Source of the DNA: Saccostrea cucullata
Taxonomy: Eukaryota
Reading direction: 5' to 3'
Length of the DNA: 64,000 nucleotides
NCBI RefSeq assembly: GCF_032062105.1
Contig: NW_026925288.1
Span: forward strand, 124,001 to 188,000
Shown here: positions 12,539 to 26,125 of the stretch, piece by piece
Layout: each line of letters begins with the position of its first letter
Numbering within the stretch: position 1 is the stretch's first letter
Program-made: the position numbers and the translations under genes
Notes under the pieces: model-generated
What the model was told of the DNA's origin: nothing
The model's input: only the letters and a program-made list of their open reading frames with translations
The model's database searches: none

Positions 12539-15500
12539 AATTATATAAAAGATAAGATTCAAGCTCGTTTTTTAAAATGTTTTCCATGTTTTCAAAATTT
12601 ATGTTTTTCTTTTTTTTCTAACTGATATTTTTTATGTAAGTCCAGGGATCGACACTCACTTTAAAACCATTGTTGTCAGTAGGCCTAGCCATTTCTAATT
12701 TCTACTAGCCCTGTTCATGTATTAGTTGTCCAGCAGCCGAATGCTGGTGGCCGAGTCGTGAAGCAACGAGTGGGGTAGGTGTAGGAGGGGGCTTCCCCCT
12801 CCCGCTGGTGGGGGTACGGGGGGCCTCCTTCGGGAAATTTTGAAAATAGAATACCAAATCCTGCATTCTGGCTGTATTTTGGGTAAAAATTACTCTATGA
12901 TTGTGCCTAAGACATTTTTCTATTCAAAACATTCCACATTTATAATCATTTAGGGTATTTCAAATCACCTTTAAAGTTTACATTTTGACTTACAAAAATA
13001 ATAATTATGATGATAAAACATATGTTTGAAAATAAAATTAATTTAACAATTATCAGGTACATTGTTTGTAAATTATGATTATTTTTGTTGCTCTGAGTGA
13101 GCGTTTGGTAAAATTTACAGTGGCCCTACAGGGCAAGTTTAAAGACGTGTTTAGCCCGACCTCAATATTCAGTTGTCCCGGGCCAGCGGGCTACCGTTAG
13201 TGTCGAACCCTGAAGTCAATAAGTCAAATTGCTGCAAATCTGCATGCAGGCAAGTTCATGAAACCTTCCAAAGTTATGTCCTTAGATTATTCCTAGGATA
13301 TGACTTAAGAAGAAAGTTAGGAAAATCCAGAGATCAACTTAGGACGTCATATCTTCAGATGTAGGTCGACGGTAAATTAGGAACATCCTAAGTTAAATTA
13401 GGACACCCTAATATACAATGAATACTATTCTTTCTTCACATTTAGCTATGCATAAAAAAAATTATTTTTTTGTTATTTTTCAGCATTTTGAAGTTCCACT
13501 TTCACTTACAATGGCTCACCTGGTTGTGAAATTCATGATATCAGCATTCCTAAGAACTCTGCTCTCCATTTATTTGAAAGAGGACAGAGTTCTCCTTCCC
13601 TGGGGTGAAAATTTGAAAAAAGTAGCCCCAACAGGTAAGAGTATAAAAACCCAGAATTTTATACACTGGTATTTTACTGTAGGAGTAGTATTTTACATAT
13701 ATGATAAATCTACCTTTAGTAATTAGAAAAAAAAATCTAACCCAATTATAAAGAAGCTTTTCTTCATCAACTTTTGAGCAATTCTGTATATTGGTCAAGT
13801 TAGTCTTATATGAATATTAGGGTTGAGATGACATATTGAGATATCGATTCTATGTGAGGATGATACGCATATGTTTGTAAAAATATTGAAATATCACCAA
13901 AAAAATTCTGACTCATTTTTTCTTTGTTTGCTTAACATTTTTGGTTTAATATTTAAAATAATTATGTTAAATAAAAATTTGAAATGCATAATTATTAATA
14001 CCACTTTTGTCAAATAATATTGTTTACAACAGATATAAAATTTCTATGAATAAATTATTCTTTCTCACAAAAAGTTAATTTTTCCATTTGTATACAAAAA
14101 AAATATGACTAATTCAAAATATTATAATACATATCATATGGTAGCTCAAATATCGTGATACATATTGATATAGAAAAAGTTATTTCATCCCAGATCAAAT
14201 GAGAATGTTTCACAAATTTCACTGTGACTAAAATGTTATCATCTCATTTTCATAGGCATTGCCAGCATTATGGATATTGCATTATCAAACTGGAGTTTTG
14301 AATTTATTACAATTTCTTTGTAAGTATCAATGTACTATTGTTTCGATATTTTTTTTCAAAGAGAAACTCTTAGAATTGCAGTGAATTAAATAACAAAGTA
14401 TGTTACTTAATTATGTTGTGTATATTTTATAAAGCTTTCAGTATGTCAGTGCTATCTCGAACAAAAGCAGAAATCTGCACTTTGAAGAGGGGGGGATAAG
14501 TTTGGATTTATTTTTAAGAGATCATTTTTGTAGACCTCTTTAGAAACAGAAATGTAAGGTGCCTAACCTTGCCTTACATTTTCAACTGTTCTACTTTCAC
14601 TTTCATCAATACAATCTGTTAGTTAGAGAAAAAAAAAAAGAAGGAAAAATATTCTGAATGTACATATATGACATAAATTCACAGGGAGATTGCTTGAATT
14701 TGCAGAACAATCAATTTTAATTTTGTGAAATTTCGCTCGGGTTGCTTGAAAGAGTAGTGAAAGCTTATTTTATCAATAAAGTTTTATAGTTAATTATGAT
14801 ATTTACATGTAGTTAATTTGTTGCATACTTGCAGAACAGTTGTTTAACTATTGAGTCTTATTTTGTAGATATACCATGACCAAGTCTACTGCTGTGATAT
14901 TTATTTTAGGATTTTCTTTATTGTTCAGACTAGAGAAGCCTGTAAGTGTATTTACATGTACATTAGGGCTGTATCAATATATCGATACGTATCGATATTC
15001 AAGAATCATATCGTATCGAAAAATAATTTCCAATACGTATCGGACATACAGTTTTTAGTCTAATTCTGTTAAAAAGATGGAAATTTTAATCACCAAAGAT
15101 TATATTTCACATTTCTAAATTAAAAATGATCAATAATCATATAATCACTGGTAATTATTAAGGAAATAACACAGTTTTTATAATTAATATAAAATACATA
15201 GACAATGTTATTTTAATATGTTGATTTTACAGACATTAAAAGTTTAAATTTGAAGTGTTTTTTGTGATGAAAATGAGTCAAGAACTTTAAAATGGGTAAT
15301 AAAACACTAACTTTTCATAAAATTCACGCATTAAATGATTCATAAGCCTTTTTTTATTAACTTTTTTTAAGAAACCAATATATCGCATATCGCTTTAAAA
15401 AATATCGTATCGTATTGTTTCAAAATATTTTGTTCAATATGCAGCCCTTATGTACATATATATACTATATTTTCTTACACATAATACAGTGGACATTGAT

Positions 15501-18500
15501 GTATACCAATATTTGTCAATCACATTAAACTTGCATCTATCTGTATGTAACTAATTTTGAGTATGAATGTCAAAGACCAAGATCAGAAATTCATATACTC
15601 AGTATTACTTGCATTGGTTTCAAGATTTTTAGTTTAGTTCTCTGAACATTTGCAATGACTAAAGGATTACTTTTGATTTTGAGAACAAAAGGTGTATATA
15701 ATATTATTAGATCATGCTTGATAAACATGAAATGATTTTTCACATTTACTTCAATTATGTCTTTGACTAAAATATGAAAGACCCTTACAAATTTTGAGAT
15801 AAAAGGGTTAAAGGTCAAAGTTACAAATTTATATGTCTTTTTAATTTTTGTGAATTCTGTCCTTAAGAGTTGGGGTGGGGGGAAGGGGGAGGGCATACAT
15901 TCCCTGAATTTATAAGCTGTGTTTCTGTAAGAATTAAAGGAAATGTTTACACTAGTGTATTAAATGGAGGCGTATAGAATTTTATTATAGTACCTGCATA
16001 TTTGGAATGTTGATCAACTAACAAATTTATACTGGTATTAAATTATCATTCAGATTATTTACTGATTACTTTTGGCTGAAATACGATCTTTTGTTGCCAC
16101 GCTTTGTACCAAATTAGGTTTGAAATGACACAACTTAATTATATTCTACCTTCAAACAGAGGCTGGTGTTGGTCTTTGTGGTGCTATTTATAGCTGGTGG
16201 CTTGTTCATGTTCACATTCCACTCTACGCAGTTCAACATGAAGGGTTTCATCATGGTCCTCTCGGCCTCTCTCTTATCCGGTCTCAGGTGGACTCTTGCT
16301 CAACTGGTCACACAGAAACAAAAATTAGGTACAGTAAATATGTACTTGTCTAGTATGTAATGGTGATCATTTTGATGAAGGTTTTTATAGAAATGAGCTG
16401 CTATTTAAAATCTGATTCATTGCATAATGTAAAAAGTACCTTTATGAGGAAAACATTACTTCAATGTTCATATAACATTCCAGTGGTCATATAACATTCC
16501 TTCTTTACACAGAAGGATTGATGAACTTTGATGTTGTATCCTTCTTTTGCATTGGTAAGCTGTAGTAGTATTCATTATAATTAATAAGGTTCAAATCAAA
16601 CTTTAATAACATTAATTTCTCTCTAGGTTTACACAATCCTCTGGATTTAATGTATCATATTCAGCCCTGGATGATGATTGGGCTGCTTCCATTGTCTGTT
16701 TATTTTGAAGGTAAGTAAACCAAGAAAGAGGAAACAATGCTAGAAAGAATTGATTGCTATTTATTGGAAGTATCAGAAACCCTTGGATAGTGAAGATGTG
16801 CCTCGATAAGTTTCCATTTTCCCTACAACGCCTTTTCAAACAGACAAGGGACCTCCACCCCACCCAACTTTTGGGGAGAATAATCTTGCTGTAGTTTTCC
16901 ATGTGAAAAAATCATTTACAGGCTGCTTGGTCTCTGTATGTTTTGTTGCAATATTCAGTTGGACTTTGGCAAATTATTGTATTTAATAAATAAAGTTCAA
17001 TTATAAATGAAAATTTAGAGAAAGATCCCAATCCCCCCCTCCACCCACACACAAAATGGGATTTTCATGTTGAGACAGTTCAGTTTTTGTTTTGTGTTTT
17101 TTTCTTCCTATTTCAAATGCATGTCAAATTTTTGGAAGCTGTTCCCTTCAAATAAATCTGTACATGCTTGTCAAAAGGTATGAGAATGGCTTTTTAGTTG
17201 GCATGATAATGCCTTTCCCAAAAGCATCTTTTTGCAAGTTGTAATTACACCTTTTTTCAAAAGTCATAATAACCCTCTTTTGACAAGGCATAATAATGAT
17301 TTTTTTTGAAAATCTTGATTATAATGCACTATCATAAACACCTTTTTAAAAAACCATTGTAACAACTTTTGAAAAGGCATCGGAACTCCTTTTTGAAAAG
17401 GTGTAATTACATCTTTTAAAAAAGTGTCATATCATAAAGCTCCCAACTTCAACTTATTTCTTTCAGGGATTAAGCTGAGTACTAAAGAGGACTTTTTTGC
17501 TTACACAGACACAGCACTCATCATAAGAAATCTAGGACTAGTATTTCTAGGAGCCTTTATTGCTTTCTTTTTGGAATTTAGTGAATTTCTATTATTAGCC
17601 AATACATCAAGTTTGACCCTTTCAATAGCAGGCATATTTAAGGTAAGGCTTTAGTTTCTAAGACAAACAATGTCAAAAGTAATATCTTTTTATAAGTAAG
17701 AGATATCTTTAGATTTCCTTAAAGTATAGTATATTTTATTAAATACGCATTCTTGTAGCAACAATATTTTATCAATATTAACCTTTTGATAAAAAGAATT
17801 CCGCATCACATTGTTACAGTGTAAAGTTTACTGAATATCAAAAGCTGCAATTTCAAAGCATAACATCAATGGGGATTGGTTGAAATGTAGAAGACCGAGT
17901 TGTTCTCCTTCTTAATATATATATATAAATCTGTATTTTACATCCATCTAATGGTAAATGGTGGGGGGGGGGGGGAGTCTAACTAAAGCCAGTGCCTCCT
18001 ATTTAACTTCGTTCATAGGGTTTGAAGAACTCTCGTTCAAACTCTAAGTGACCTTAGAATTAATTTCTCTGAGCACATTAAAAAAATTCGGAACATTTCT
18101 AGAGCAATCCAGATCTAAATAAAACATCCAAGAGACATCAGACATTAAGTACAACAAACATGGCCACCTCCATGAACACAGAAAACAGGAAATCTATGAT
18201 TGGTCATATCCTCAGGAAATGTTAATTTTTTCAAATCATGACCCCCTTCCTGGATTATAGAGGGGCCATAACAGTTGGTCATAGTTATACAAAGGAATAT
18301 TAGGATATATCAATAAAAAATCTTCTGAAGAAGAACAGGAAAGTCATTATTTGTCAAATTACTTCCGAAGCATCGTCAGGTAGTGTACATTCACTTTTGT
18401 TCAAATTATCCCCCTGGACCACTTTAACACTAAACTGATTTCTGCTTTTTTTCAAGCCAAAGAACTTAGTTGAGGGACCATCGTCAGAAACCCATGGGTG

Positions 18501-21500
18501 ATCTCGTCTTTACTTATCACCCATGGGCAAACTAGTTGAAATATCACTGTTAAATATGAAAATTTGTTGTATATATAAAGTCAACCAATCAGAAAGTTGG
18601 AACTCTTCAATTTTGAAAAATAGGTTTTTTTAGTTTGCTATTTATGGCAAATATTTTGATGCTCGTTAAAATATGCAAAGTTTGATTTAGAAAAATTAAA
18701 GTCAATTCGTACAGATCACAGTCATTAATCCCAGTCAGATATTATATAGGGGTACCTCTTTCTAACTGCAAAATGTGCCGGTGATTGGAATTATTAGCTA
18801 ATTTGTTAACTCCAAAATAAGTTTTTGGCATTGCCAAACAGACAGACGTAACGTGAACTGTAACTCTTTGTTTGCCATTGCAACTCTCTGAAGCAGCTAA
18901 TCAAATGACCCACACATATTTAATTAAATAAAAAAAATTTTGGTCGAGTTTGCCCACAGGTGATAAGTAAAGAAGATATCACCTGTGGGTCTCCGACGAT
19001 GCTGAGCAATGTGGCCCATGGGCCTTTTGTTTTTGTTTCTTATGGAATATCCCAAAAGTGGCATGCAAAACATGCAAATTAAAAAGATATTTTTCAAAAG
19101 AATTCTTGAACATTTATTTAGTTTACATTTTACTACTACTACTATACTGCTTTCCTTTTCTTGAGAAGAAATTACTTTTACATTTACTTCTCTTTATTCA
19201 ATGAAGTTACATTTTTTCATTGTAGGAGGTGTGCACATTGTACTTAGCAGCTAGTGTTAATGGTGATAAGATGAATTTCATTAATGGAATTGGTCTTATT
19301 GTCTGTTTATCTGGGATCTCAATTCATGTCATTGTCAAAGCTGTTAGTGGTAAGATCCTTAAAATCAACCTCATGAAAAAGAATTCAGTAGCATATGATT
19401 GGCCCCATGAGAAAAGGTCCTTATGGCAATTTTTACACTTTTGAGTTTTTTTATGGATTCAAATAAAGCAAGGTTAGAAGTTACTGAATATGAATTTTTG
19501 TGGCCCTACGTCAACTCTAAGTATGTTTTTTCTTCATTTATATTGTTGATACTTTAACAGGTAAATATTGACGTCATTTTACTTTCGCCCAACGTCAAAC
19601 GTCAAGTTTTCAGAGTGAACACGATTTTGACTTTTCATGGTAACGTTACTATGATAAGGATTTAAATTAATGAGCATTTCCAGAATTTTTTTTTTACTTG
19701 ATAAATTTTCTATTTTATTAATTGTATAATACCTATAATAATTTAATAGTAATAGATGTATGTATAATCAATCAATGAAAGTAACTGTTTGTTTTACATT
19801 TCGCTGTGGTGTGAGAAGCAAAGAACTTTTTTCAATACCAATTTACTATCACAATACTAAAATATTTATTTTATGTAAAGAATTGTTTGAGAAGCTTACA
19901 AAATTCATTCGAAAATCATGACCCTCGACAGGTCAAGGTGTCAACTTTTTTATTTGAATACAGTATAACGAGATAAAGCTTTCCAGATATGTGGAAGTTT
20001 AAACAAAAATTTCAAAAAAGTCATCGGGAACAACAATGAACAAGATGCTACTGGGTTGTAAAAATTTGTTTATTCGTGTTTTTTTTCTCTCTAAATATAA
20101 AGACGGAAAAAATGTGAAATGTAATTTATTATTGCATACACTGTACACCAATTTCAGTTGTTTTTTTTATTTTGTAAAACTAAATAGTTTTAGAAGAACA
20201 CATATTCCAAATCTATATATACATTTACAAATACTGAGTATCTAATTATTTCTTAAAACAATTTTTGCTTATATAATTTCATTTAATAAAACCATTTTAT
20301 CCTAATATCAAATAAAATCCATTTGTACTTATTTTTTATTATAATATCGAAAAGAATAACAGTATTCCATTAAATTAAGGAAAAACTGTCTAATTTATTT
20401 TGCTTTTGTTTCATGATATGATCAATCGAGTGGCTTGCGTGATAGGTGCTACAAGTCCCGCTTCTGTCATTATTTGTCCCACTCCCTACATATTTTTTTT
20501 TAAACCGCACCTATCATTGAACCAGTAGATTTATGTAGAAATACATTATTTTTACTATTTGTAATTTTATCTCGGACAAAGACATTGAAAATGTAAATAT
20601 TAAATCATAAACAAGGGATACTGTAAGCACTGAGCTTATTAACCCCCGCCTCCCATACCTTTATAATGGCAAAATCCATGTTTTTTTATCTCTTGAAAAC
20701 ACGAAATAAGTTTAAGCGTCAGAATACAAAATAAAATAGGAGGTGCACAATGGCATTATGTATAATAAAGAATCAGTGAAAGTACCATTATTTTTTTCTT
20801 GCGGATGAGAGAGGGGTACCCTTCAATATTTTGGAAAGAATGGCAGTGTCCATGTTTTGTTATGCGAAATCCGAAATATGCGACCGTTCAGAAAGTAAAA
20901 TAGGAGGTGCATAAGGGCACTATATAACAAAGAATCTGTGGATTGAGTTTCAACAAAATTCAAACCTTGGTATAAGAGGAGTTGCGGATAAAAGATGGGT
21001 ATTCCGAAGCGTAAAAGACAGATCACTATATATACTGAAAGGAAAAAGAAACGCAGGGTAATATTATATTCGATAAATTTTTAACCGGATGACCGAAAAT
21101 TACGAAAATTGGTCAGATGAGAAATTTAGTTACTCTGCATAAATATCAGTGTTCAAAATTACTCATCCGTAAATTGTATGACGTCACGTAGGAACAACGC
21201 TAAAAAGCCCAAAACACGTGCAATTTGATGACGCCGAGTTTGTCAACAAATCTTGTTGCATCATTTGATGCATCTGAGGTATGCACATCGTTTTTCAATA
21301 TTTAGAGACGACATGAATTTCTTGCTTCCTTGGTACAGTATACGGAAGTTCCATGGGGTCTTGTTTTCGAATTGCCTAATTAATGAAAAGGGAAACAATA
21401 GTTAACTAGGCAGTTTCTTGAAAATTTTCCCCCAAGAAACTTGTTACCCGTTGTCAGAGAGGGCCTGGGATGGTTTTCAATCAACCGTGACGATGACGTT

Positions 21501-24500
21501 AACGCGAAACATAGTCATGTTACGAGCGGGTTACTCGTCCTGCCTTCTCTTAAATCGCCACCTTACTACCACAAAAACCGCCATTTATACAGTAGACTAT
21601 CATAATCAATACATTTACACGAAAAACGAAAGAAAACAATTCCGCAATTTGGTTTTTTGCGCCGGTCAACTTACTGTTGTGTTCCTTTAACTGGCGCATG
21701 CGCGCGTCTTTTGACTAATTTTTTAGCGTGGTTACCCACACCCAATATAGCCAGGGTTTGAAAGATAAACACTCTGACGAATTCCATGCAAAGGAGAAAT
21801 AAGGCTCTGACAGATGCGCAGGAGAGACATTGAAGATAATGAGAGATTTCGATTTTCACTTTTGGGGGGTATCGTCAAATGAGCTTCAATAACTCATGAA
21901 TTATTAGACAAAATCCAATAGGATTTTGGTTACATCTTTTTGAAAGAATATTTTAAAAGTTAGATAGGAATACTGAAAATAATTAAAAGAAAAATAAATT
22001 TCATTCATCTCGAAAGTTTACCCTGCGTTTCTTTTTCCTTTCAGTATACATGTACCCTCCATTTTTTCAAGCGGGAGTATAATAATTATGAACTCCTTGT
22101 TGTTCTAGATCAATTAAAAGAATTTTTCCGGGAGGAGTCAAAAATTTAATTGGAAATTTAATATTCATACAATCCATGCGTGGATCTAGAGGGAGTCGGG
22201 GGGGGGGGGGGGGGGGTCTGCGCTTAGGCGCACAGACTGTGCAGAATTATTATTTTTTTTTACTTAACCAAATAAAAATCCCCCTTTATTAGAATAGGCG
22301 TAGCTCTCTTAGAAAGCACGGATCTATGTGATATTGGTATGAAAAGTCACTGGCCGATATGAAGTAAAAAGAAGCCGAGGACTAACCCCTGCCCCTCCAT
22401 ACACACGCACACACCCACCCTAACACATACGATTTAGTTTTTTTCTTTTCGAAATGAGTTTATTTTTTTTTTTTTTATTTATTCTTTTATCCGTTTAATT
22501 TTATCTTTGCATGTCAAGAAATTACTGGTTGGAATTTTTTTTTTTACGAGATGGTGTTATGTGATTGCGTGTATAGAATTCTAACCTTCTTGCTCTTTCT
22601 TTACACTTGCCATTGTTATTGTTTTCTAATGTAATGTTTATCACAGGAATTTTTTTTTACCTATAAATTCCTAAAATAAAATAATTTCGCTTACATTTTT
22701 TCAAGGCAATTTGGGTAATTACATCATACAAACCAATAACTGATGTATTTTAGCTTCAAAAATAAAACGAGTTATAGATTAATTGGTAATACAACTGTAA
22801 TGACATATGATGTATACTACGAATGACAGTCACACGGATTAAATGTTTTGACATACATGTATGTGATCCACTTAAATCTGCAGATTAAGCTAAAACTTTT
22901 TAAACAAAAGTTTTAACATTCCTTAAAATAAATAGATATAGTTAAACCAATAGAGATTTTTTTCATTTTCCGATATTCTGTTGCTTTGAAAATTCGATTT
23001 TTCATTGAAATTTCATTTCTTTATCCAAAAAGTCGATTAAATATAAGATGATGATCTCACTCTCTCTCTCTCTTATCAAATAACTACATGAATGTAAGAA
23101 TGATCTATCTTTCGTTTAAAACAATTGTATTTCCAAAGGTAGTTTTTGCTTGTTAATATTAATTGAAAGAAACAACAACAAAAATAATGTTGAACAACAT
23201 TTTTCAACTTTTTTCATTTAATTTATGAGCATCATTAGTGAAAAAAATAATTTAATTAAATTCAGATAAATTCATGTCAAAATAAGTAGATAGGCATGAA
23301 TATAACATATTTTGTTGAAAGTTTGATTCAATTTTGCATCTATTTCTGTTCTAGGACTATATTGTTTTAAAATATATAGTTTTCGTAGTGTTAAACACTT
23401 TTTTTCAAATACATGGTAAAACGTTTGAACCGCTAATAAATAACATGTTTGAAAAAATATTTTTTATACTACGGGAGCAAATTTCAATTAAGATTGTGAG
23501 TTGAAAACTAAAATTATAAATTAAATTTAAATGAATGACCCTCTCTGGTACCCCTTTAGTATTTCGATCGATTGTCAGAGTTACCGCTCCTGTTTTTATT
23601 TACAAAATTTCGCCTCTGTAATTCCATTATTTTGCAAGATTTGGGAAACTTATAAGGATACTTTTCGTCTCTGTAGGAGGAAATGTGTTTAGGTTTCAAA
23701 TTCTTTTAGCATTAAAGTATTTAACAACAAAAATATGGGAGAACATGCACAGATGATTCAATGTTTACATGATTGATGTAACTGAGAATGCTGGGGCGGA
23801 TCTCATATACGGAAACGATTTCCTTTCAAATATTTTGATAAAATACCCGTGCCTTACACATTACTTCAATTTTGTCTATACCAGTAAATTAAATATTTGC
23901 ATTTTTTCACCCATATTAAATTATTTAGAAAATTACTTGTCTATATAAGCGCCGTCTATACATGCATAGCTAGGAAATCAATAGATCAGAGACATTTATA
24001 TATAGCGATATAGCAAGATCGATGTAGCGAAACGGTCTCAAATTCTTTTAAATTAATACCAGTGGCCTGGACTAGAGTATGCAACATAACAATTCAGAAT
24101 TAAACATAAAAAAAATTAATATCTTTTATTATACATATGTTATATACAATGGTCAAGAACCACAAAAAAGATAGACGTGTCAAAGCGTAAACACGTGTAT
24201 AAAAAAAAAAAATCTGCGACGACGCTCACCGTCTGCAACGTCATATCTTTATGACGTTATTTCTCTGTTCTAGAAAAATTGCCATAAGGACCTTTTGTCG
24301 TGGTGGCAATCATATATGAATTGCAAGACAATTGGATAACAAAATTTATCCTTTTTAGACCAGGCATGCTCAATAGGACTTGGCAAATTACAACTGATGT
24401 ACATAGCAGTTAAAAATAAAATTTAAAAAAAACCATATCCAAGTATAAAATTCTGCATCTGAAATCTTTTGTTGACACTTTTATTGACATGTGAACTCCA

Positions 24501-24710
24501 ATCCTCTTGAATATATCACAATATATTAAATGCCCATCAAATATGCATACCCTCTTGAACTCATAGTTTAGTTTCTATTTTCACTTTACAGCTCGTGGCA
24601 GCAGTAAAAATGAAACTAGACTTTCCCAGGAAGAGACTATGGAAATGTTGAGAGCTGACGACTCAGAATCCGAGGAGAGTGACATTTTTAATGCTAAAAC
24701 AGACCGATGA
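10618..24710 (+). CDS. SLC35C2: Solute carrier family 35 member C2 (nucleotide-sugar transporter family), multi-exon
   Basis: Exons 10618-10794, 13484-13634, 14256-14319, 14869-14941, 16160-16328, 16627-16710, 17467-17642, 19226-19349, 24592-24710, all GT-AG and phase-consistent; peptides [54 protein letters not shown] match SLC35C2; start codon unresolved (see findings). Confidence 0.92.
10831..12537 (-). repeat. Pearl/CvA-like (Helentron-associated) element carrying ~8-9 tandem ~165-bp satellite monomers (Cg170/HindIII-like)
   Basis: Ends tttttagctcacctgagccgaaggctcaagtg (hairpin) and caggtgagcgatgtggcccatgggcctcttgtt; monomer catgacccccgggggtagggcggggccacaatagg.. recurs every ~155-166 bp; inside SLC35C2 intron. 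Confidence 0.85.
12643..13212. mobile_element. Non-autonomous DNA transposon, CAGGG ends, 5-bp TSD AAGTC (hAT5-like)
   Basis: TIR cagggatcgacact / agtgtcgaaccctg; AAGTC at 12638-12642 and 13213-13217. Confidence 0.7.
13484..13634 (+). CDS. SLC35C2: SLC35C2 exon
   Basis: ttttcag|[13 protein letters not shown]...KKVAPT|gtaag. Confidence 0.9.
14256..14319 (+). CDS. SLC35C2: SLC35C2 exon
   Basis: catag|[20 protein letters not shown]|gtaagt. Confidence 0.9.
14869..14941 (+). CDS. SLC35C2: SLC35C2 exon
   Basis: tttgtag|[24 protein letters not shown]|gtaagt. Confidence 0.9.
14964..15449. mobile_element. hAT-like MITE, 8-bp TSD ATGTACAT
   Basis: TAGGGCTG...CAGCCCTT ends, subterminal atcgata/atcgtat repeats, TSD at 14956-14963 and 15450-15457; relatives near 13818-14192 and 41052-41283. 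Confidence 0.75.
16160..16328 (+). CDS. SLC35C2: SLC35C2 exon
   Basis: [26 protein letters not shown]...[15 protein letters not shown]|gtac. Confidence 0.9.
16627..16710 (+). CDS. SLC35C2: SLC35C2 exon
   Basis: ctctag|[27 protein letters not shown]|gtaagt. Confidence 0.9.
17467..17642 (+). CDS. SLC35C2: SLC35C2 exon
   Basis: tttcag|IKLSTKE...[22 protein letters not shown]|gtaagg. Confidence 0.9.
18479..19001. mobile_element. MITE with ~55-bp TIRs nested in a decayed pearl-type element
   Basis: catcgtcagaaacccatgggtgat..ttacttatcacccatgggcaaact / agtttgcccacaggtgataagtaaa..gggtctccgacgatg; pearl terminus ggcccatgggccttttgtt follows. Confidence 0.65.
19226..19349 (+). CDS. SLC35C2: SLC35C2 exon
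   Basis: tgtag|EVCTLYLAA...[15 protein letters not shown]|gtaaga. Confidence 0.9.
19396..24312. mobile_element. 4.9-kb non-autonomous TIR transposon with TA TSD filling the last SLC35C2 intron
   Basis: ~40-bp TIR tgattggccccatgagaaaaggtccttatggcaattttt / aaaaattgccataaggaccttttgtcgtggtggcaatca; TA on both sides; no transposase ORF. Confidence 0.7.
21033..22046. mobile_element. Tc1/mariner-type MITE nested in the 4.9-kb element
   Basis: Perfect TIR tactgaaaggaaaaagaaacgcagggtaa / ttaccctgcgtttctttttcctttcagta with TA flanks. Confidence 0.8.
24592..24710 (+). CDS. SLC35C2: SLC35C2 last coding exon (acidic cytosolic tail)
   Basis: tttacag|[38 protein letters not shown]; phase fits; AATAAA at 24840-24845. 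Confidence 0.8.
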
Positions 24711-25143
24711 CTCGGAGTATTAATGTGCAATGATAAATATCAAATTTTTAATCTTATTTAACTGTTAAGCATTAACTTTCATATCATATTCATCTATTAT
24801 ATAATTTTGTAAGATGTATTTTTAAATGTCTTTACTCATAATAAATTATTTTGTTGTTACCATGGCATATTTTTATTGATGGTCATAAGCGTGTCCTACA
24901 TAGATGTTATATAAGAAAGATTCTAGTGGGAAATTTTTCCCAATATATTTGAATTAAAACCTTGACCCACTATGGCCACATTTATATCTCTGGGATGTTT
25001 TATATTTATGCCCTACATAAATTCTACATAAATGAAGTAATTTTCCATTGTTCAGAGTTCATTTAAAGATTTCAGTCTTCAGAATCTTGAAGTTGACTCA
25101 AGGGACCGACTGTGGTTTTCATTGCGCAGTACTTTTCCAAGTT

Positions 25144-25355
25144 TACTGTAAATCACTTTCATTCGCTTGAACATTATTTCAGCGTAATTACACGAGACAT
25201 TGCGTTCGCGAAAATTAAATTCTCGCGTAAATAAGTATTCCTTATGATTATATAGAGGAATAACAACTATTCGTGAAAATTATGTCTCGCTTACAAAGAG
25301 TCAATGACAATCTCGCGAAAAATAAGGTGTCTCGAAAATTTAGGGATCTACAGTA
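25144..25355. mobile_element. Small TA-target MITE
   Basis: tactgtaaatc...gatctacagta ends; internal ctcgcgaaaa-type inverted repeats. Confidence 0.55.
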
Positions 25356-25835
25356 TATGCCAAATAAAGCACATTTAAACCTTGTCAGAATGACCTTTGG
25401 TCAAGATTAAGACACACCATCGTGTCACCAGCAATCCCTGTACCAAGGGTGAGCTTCCCAGCAGTGTTTCTTTCTACGAAAGTTATGGCCTGAACAAAAT
25501 TGCACTGACAGGCAGGTAATCAGATATGGCGATTCTTATATATCTTCCAAAATTGCAATTGGTTAAAGCATGGGTTATTACATGTCTGTTCATAAGGAAT
25601 GTCATGTAACATACGAAAGTCCTGACACTAACCATCCAGGTTACGGATTTCAAGGCCGTGACTAGGCTCAAATTTTTAGTGAGGCAAGGGTGCTGTGTTT
25701 TCCTAGTCCCAGACGGGGCAAGGGTAGTACCTGATGGCCAGTGATGGGGGTTTCCAGGGGTAGGGGGGATCCTGAAACCTGGGTATTAGAAAATAAAAGA
25801 TTTAACCTTAGAAAGTTTTTACATTTTGAGTTGTT

Positions 25836-26125
25836 ACCCGCATGGCACAGTGGTTAGAGCATATGCTCTAGAGTCGCAGACTAAGGAGTTGATCCTTTTA
25901 TCGCGGGCTCGAATCCCACTGCGGGATGTAAAGACAGGTCCTTCGGATGAGACCGTAAAAACAAAGGTCCTTTGTCACAGTAAGTGATGGCACAAAAAGA
26001 TCTCTCACTGTTCAATCATCTTCAATGACCCTGAAAGCCCAGTACAGATCTAAATCTTACAGCCTTCCACCGGCAAGTAGTGGTGTCTCAATATGAATGA
26101 GAAATTCTTTGAAAGGATGTTAAAC
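25836..26125 (+). mobile_element. tRNA-derived SINE (Meta/Deu-like core)
   Basis: A-box tggcacagtgg, B-box gggctcgaatccc, core cggatgagacc..ggcacaaaaagatctctcactg. Confidence 0.7.

Noticed and set aside
25840-25925. Possible tRNA genes (also ~9120-9200)
   Set aside because: A/B boxes run into a SINE core and tail; no clean cloverleaf
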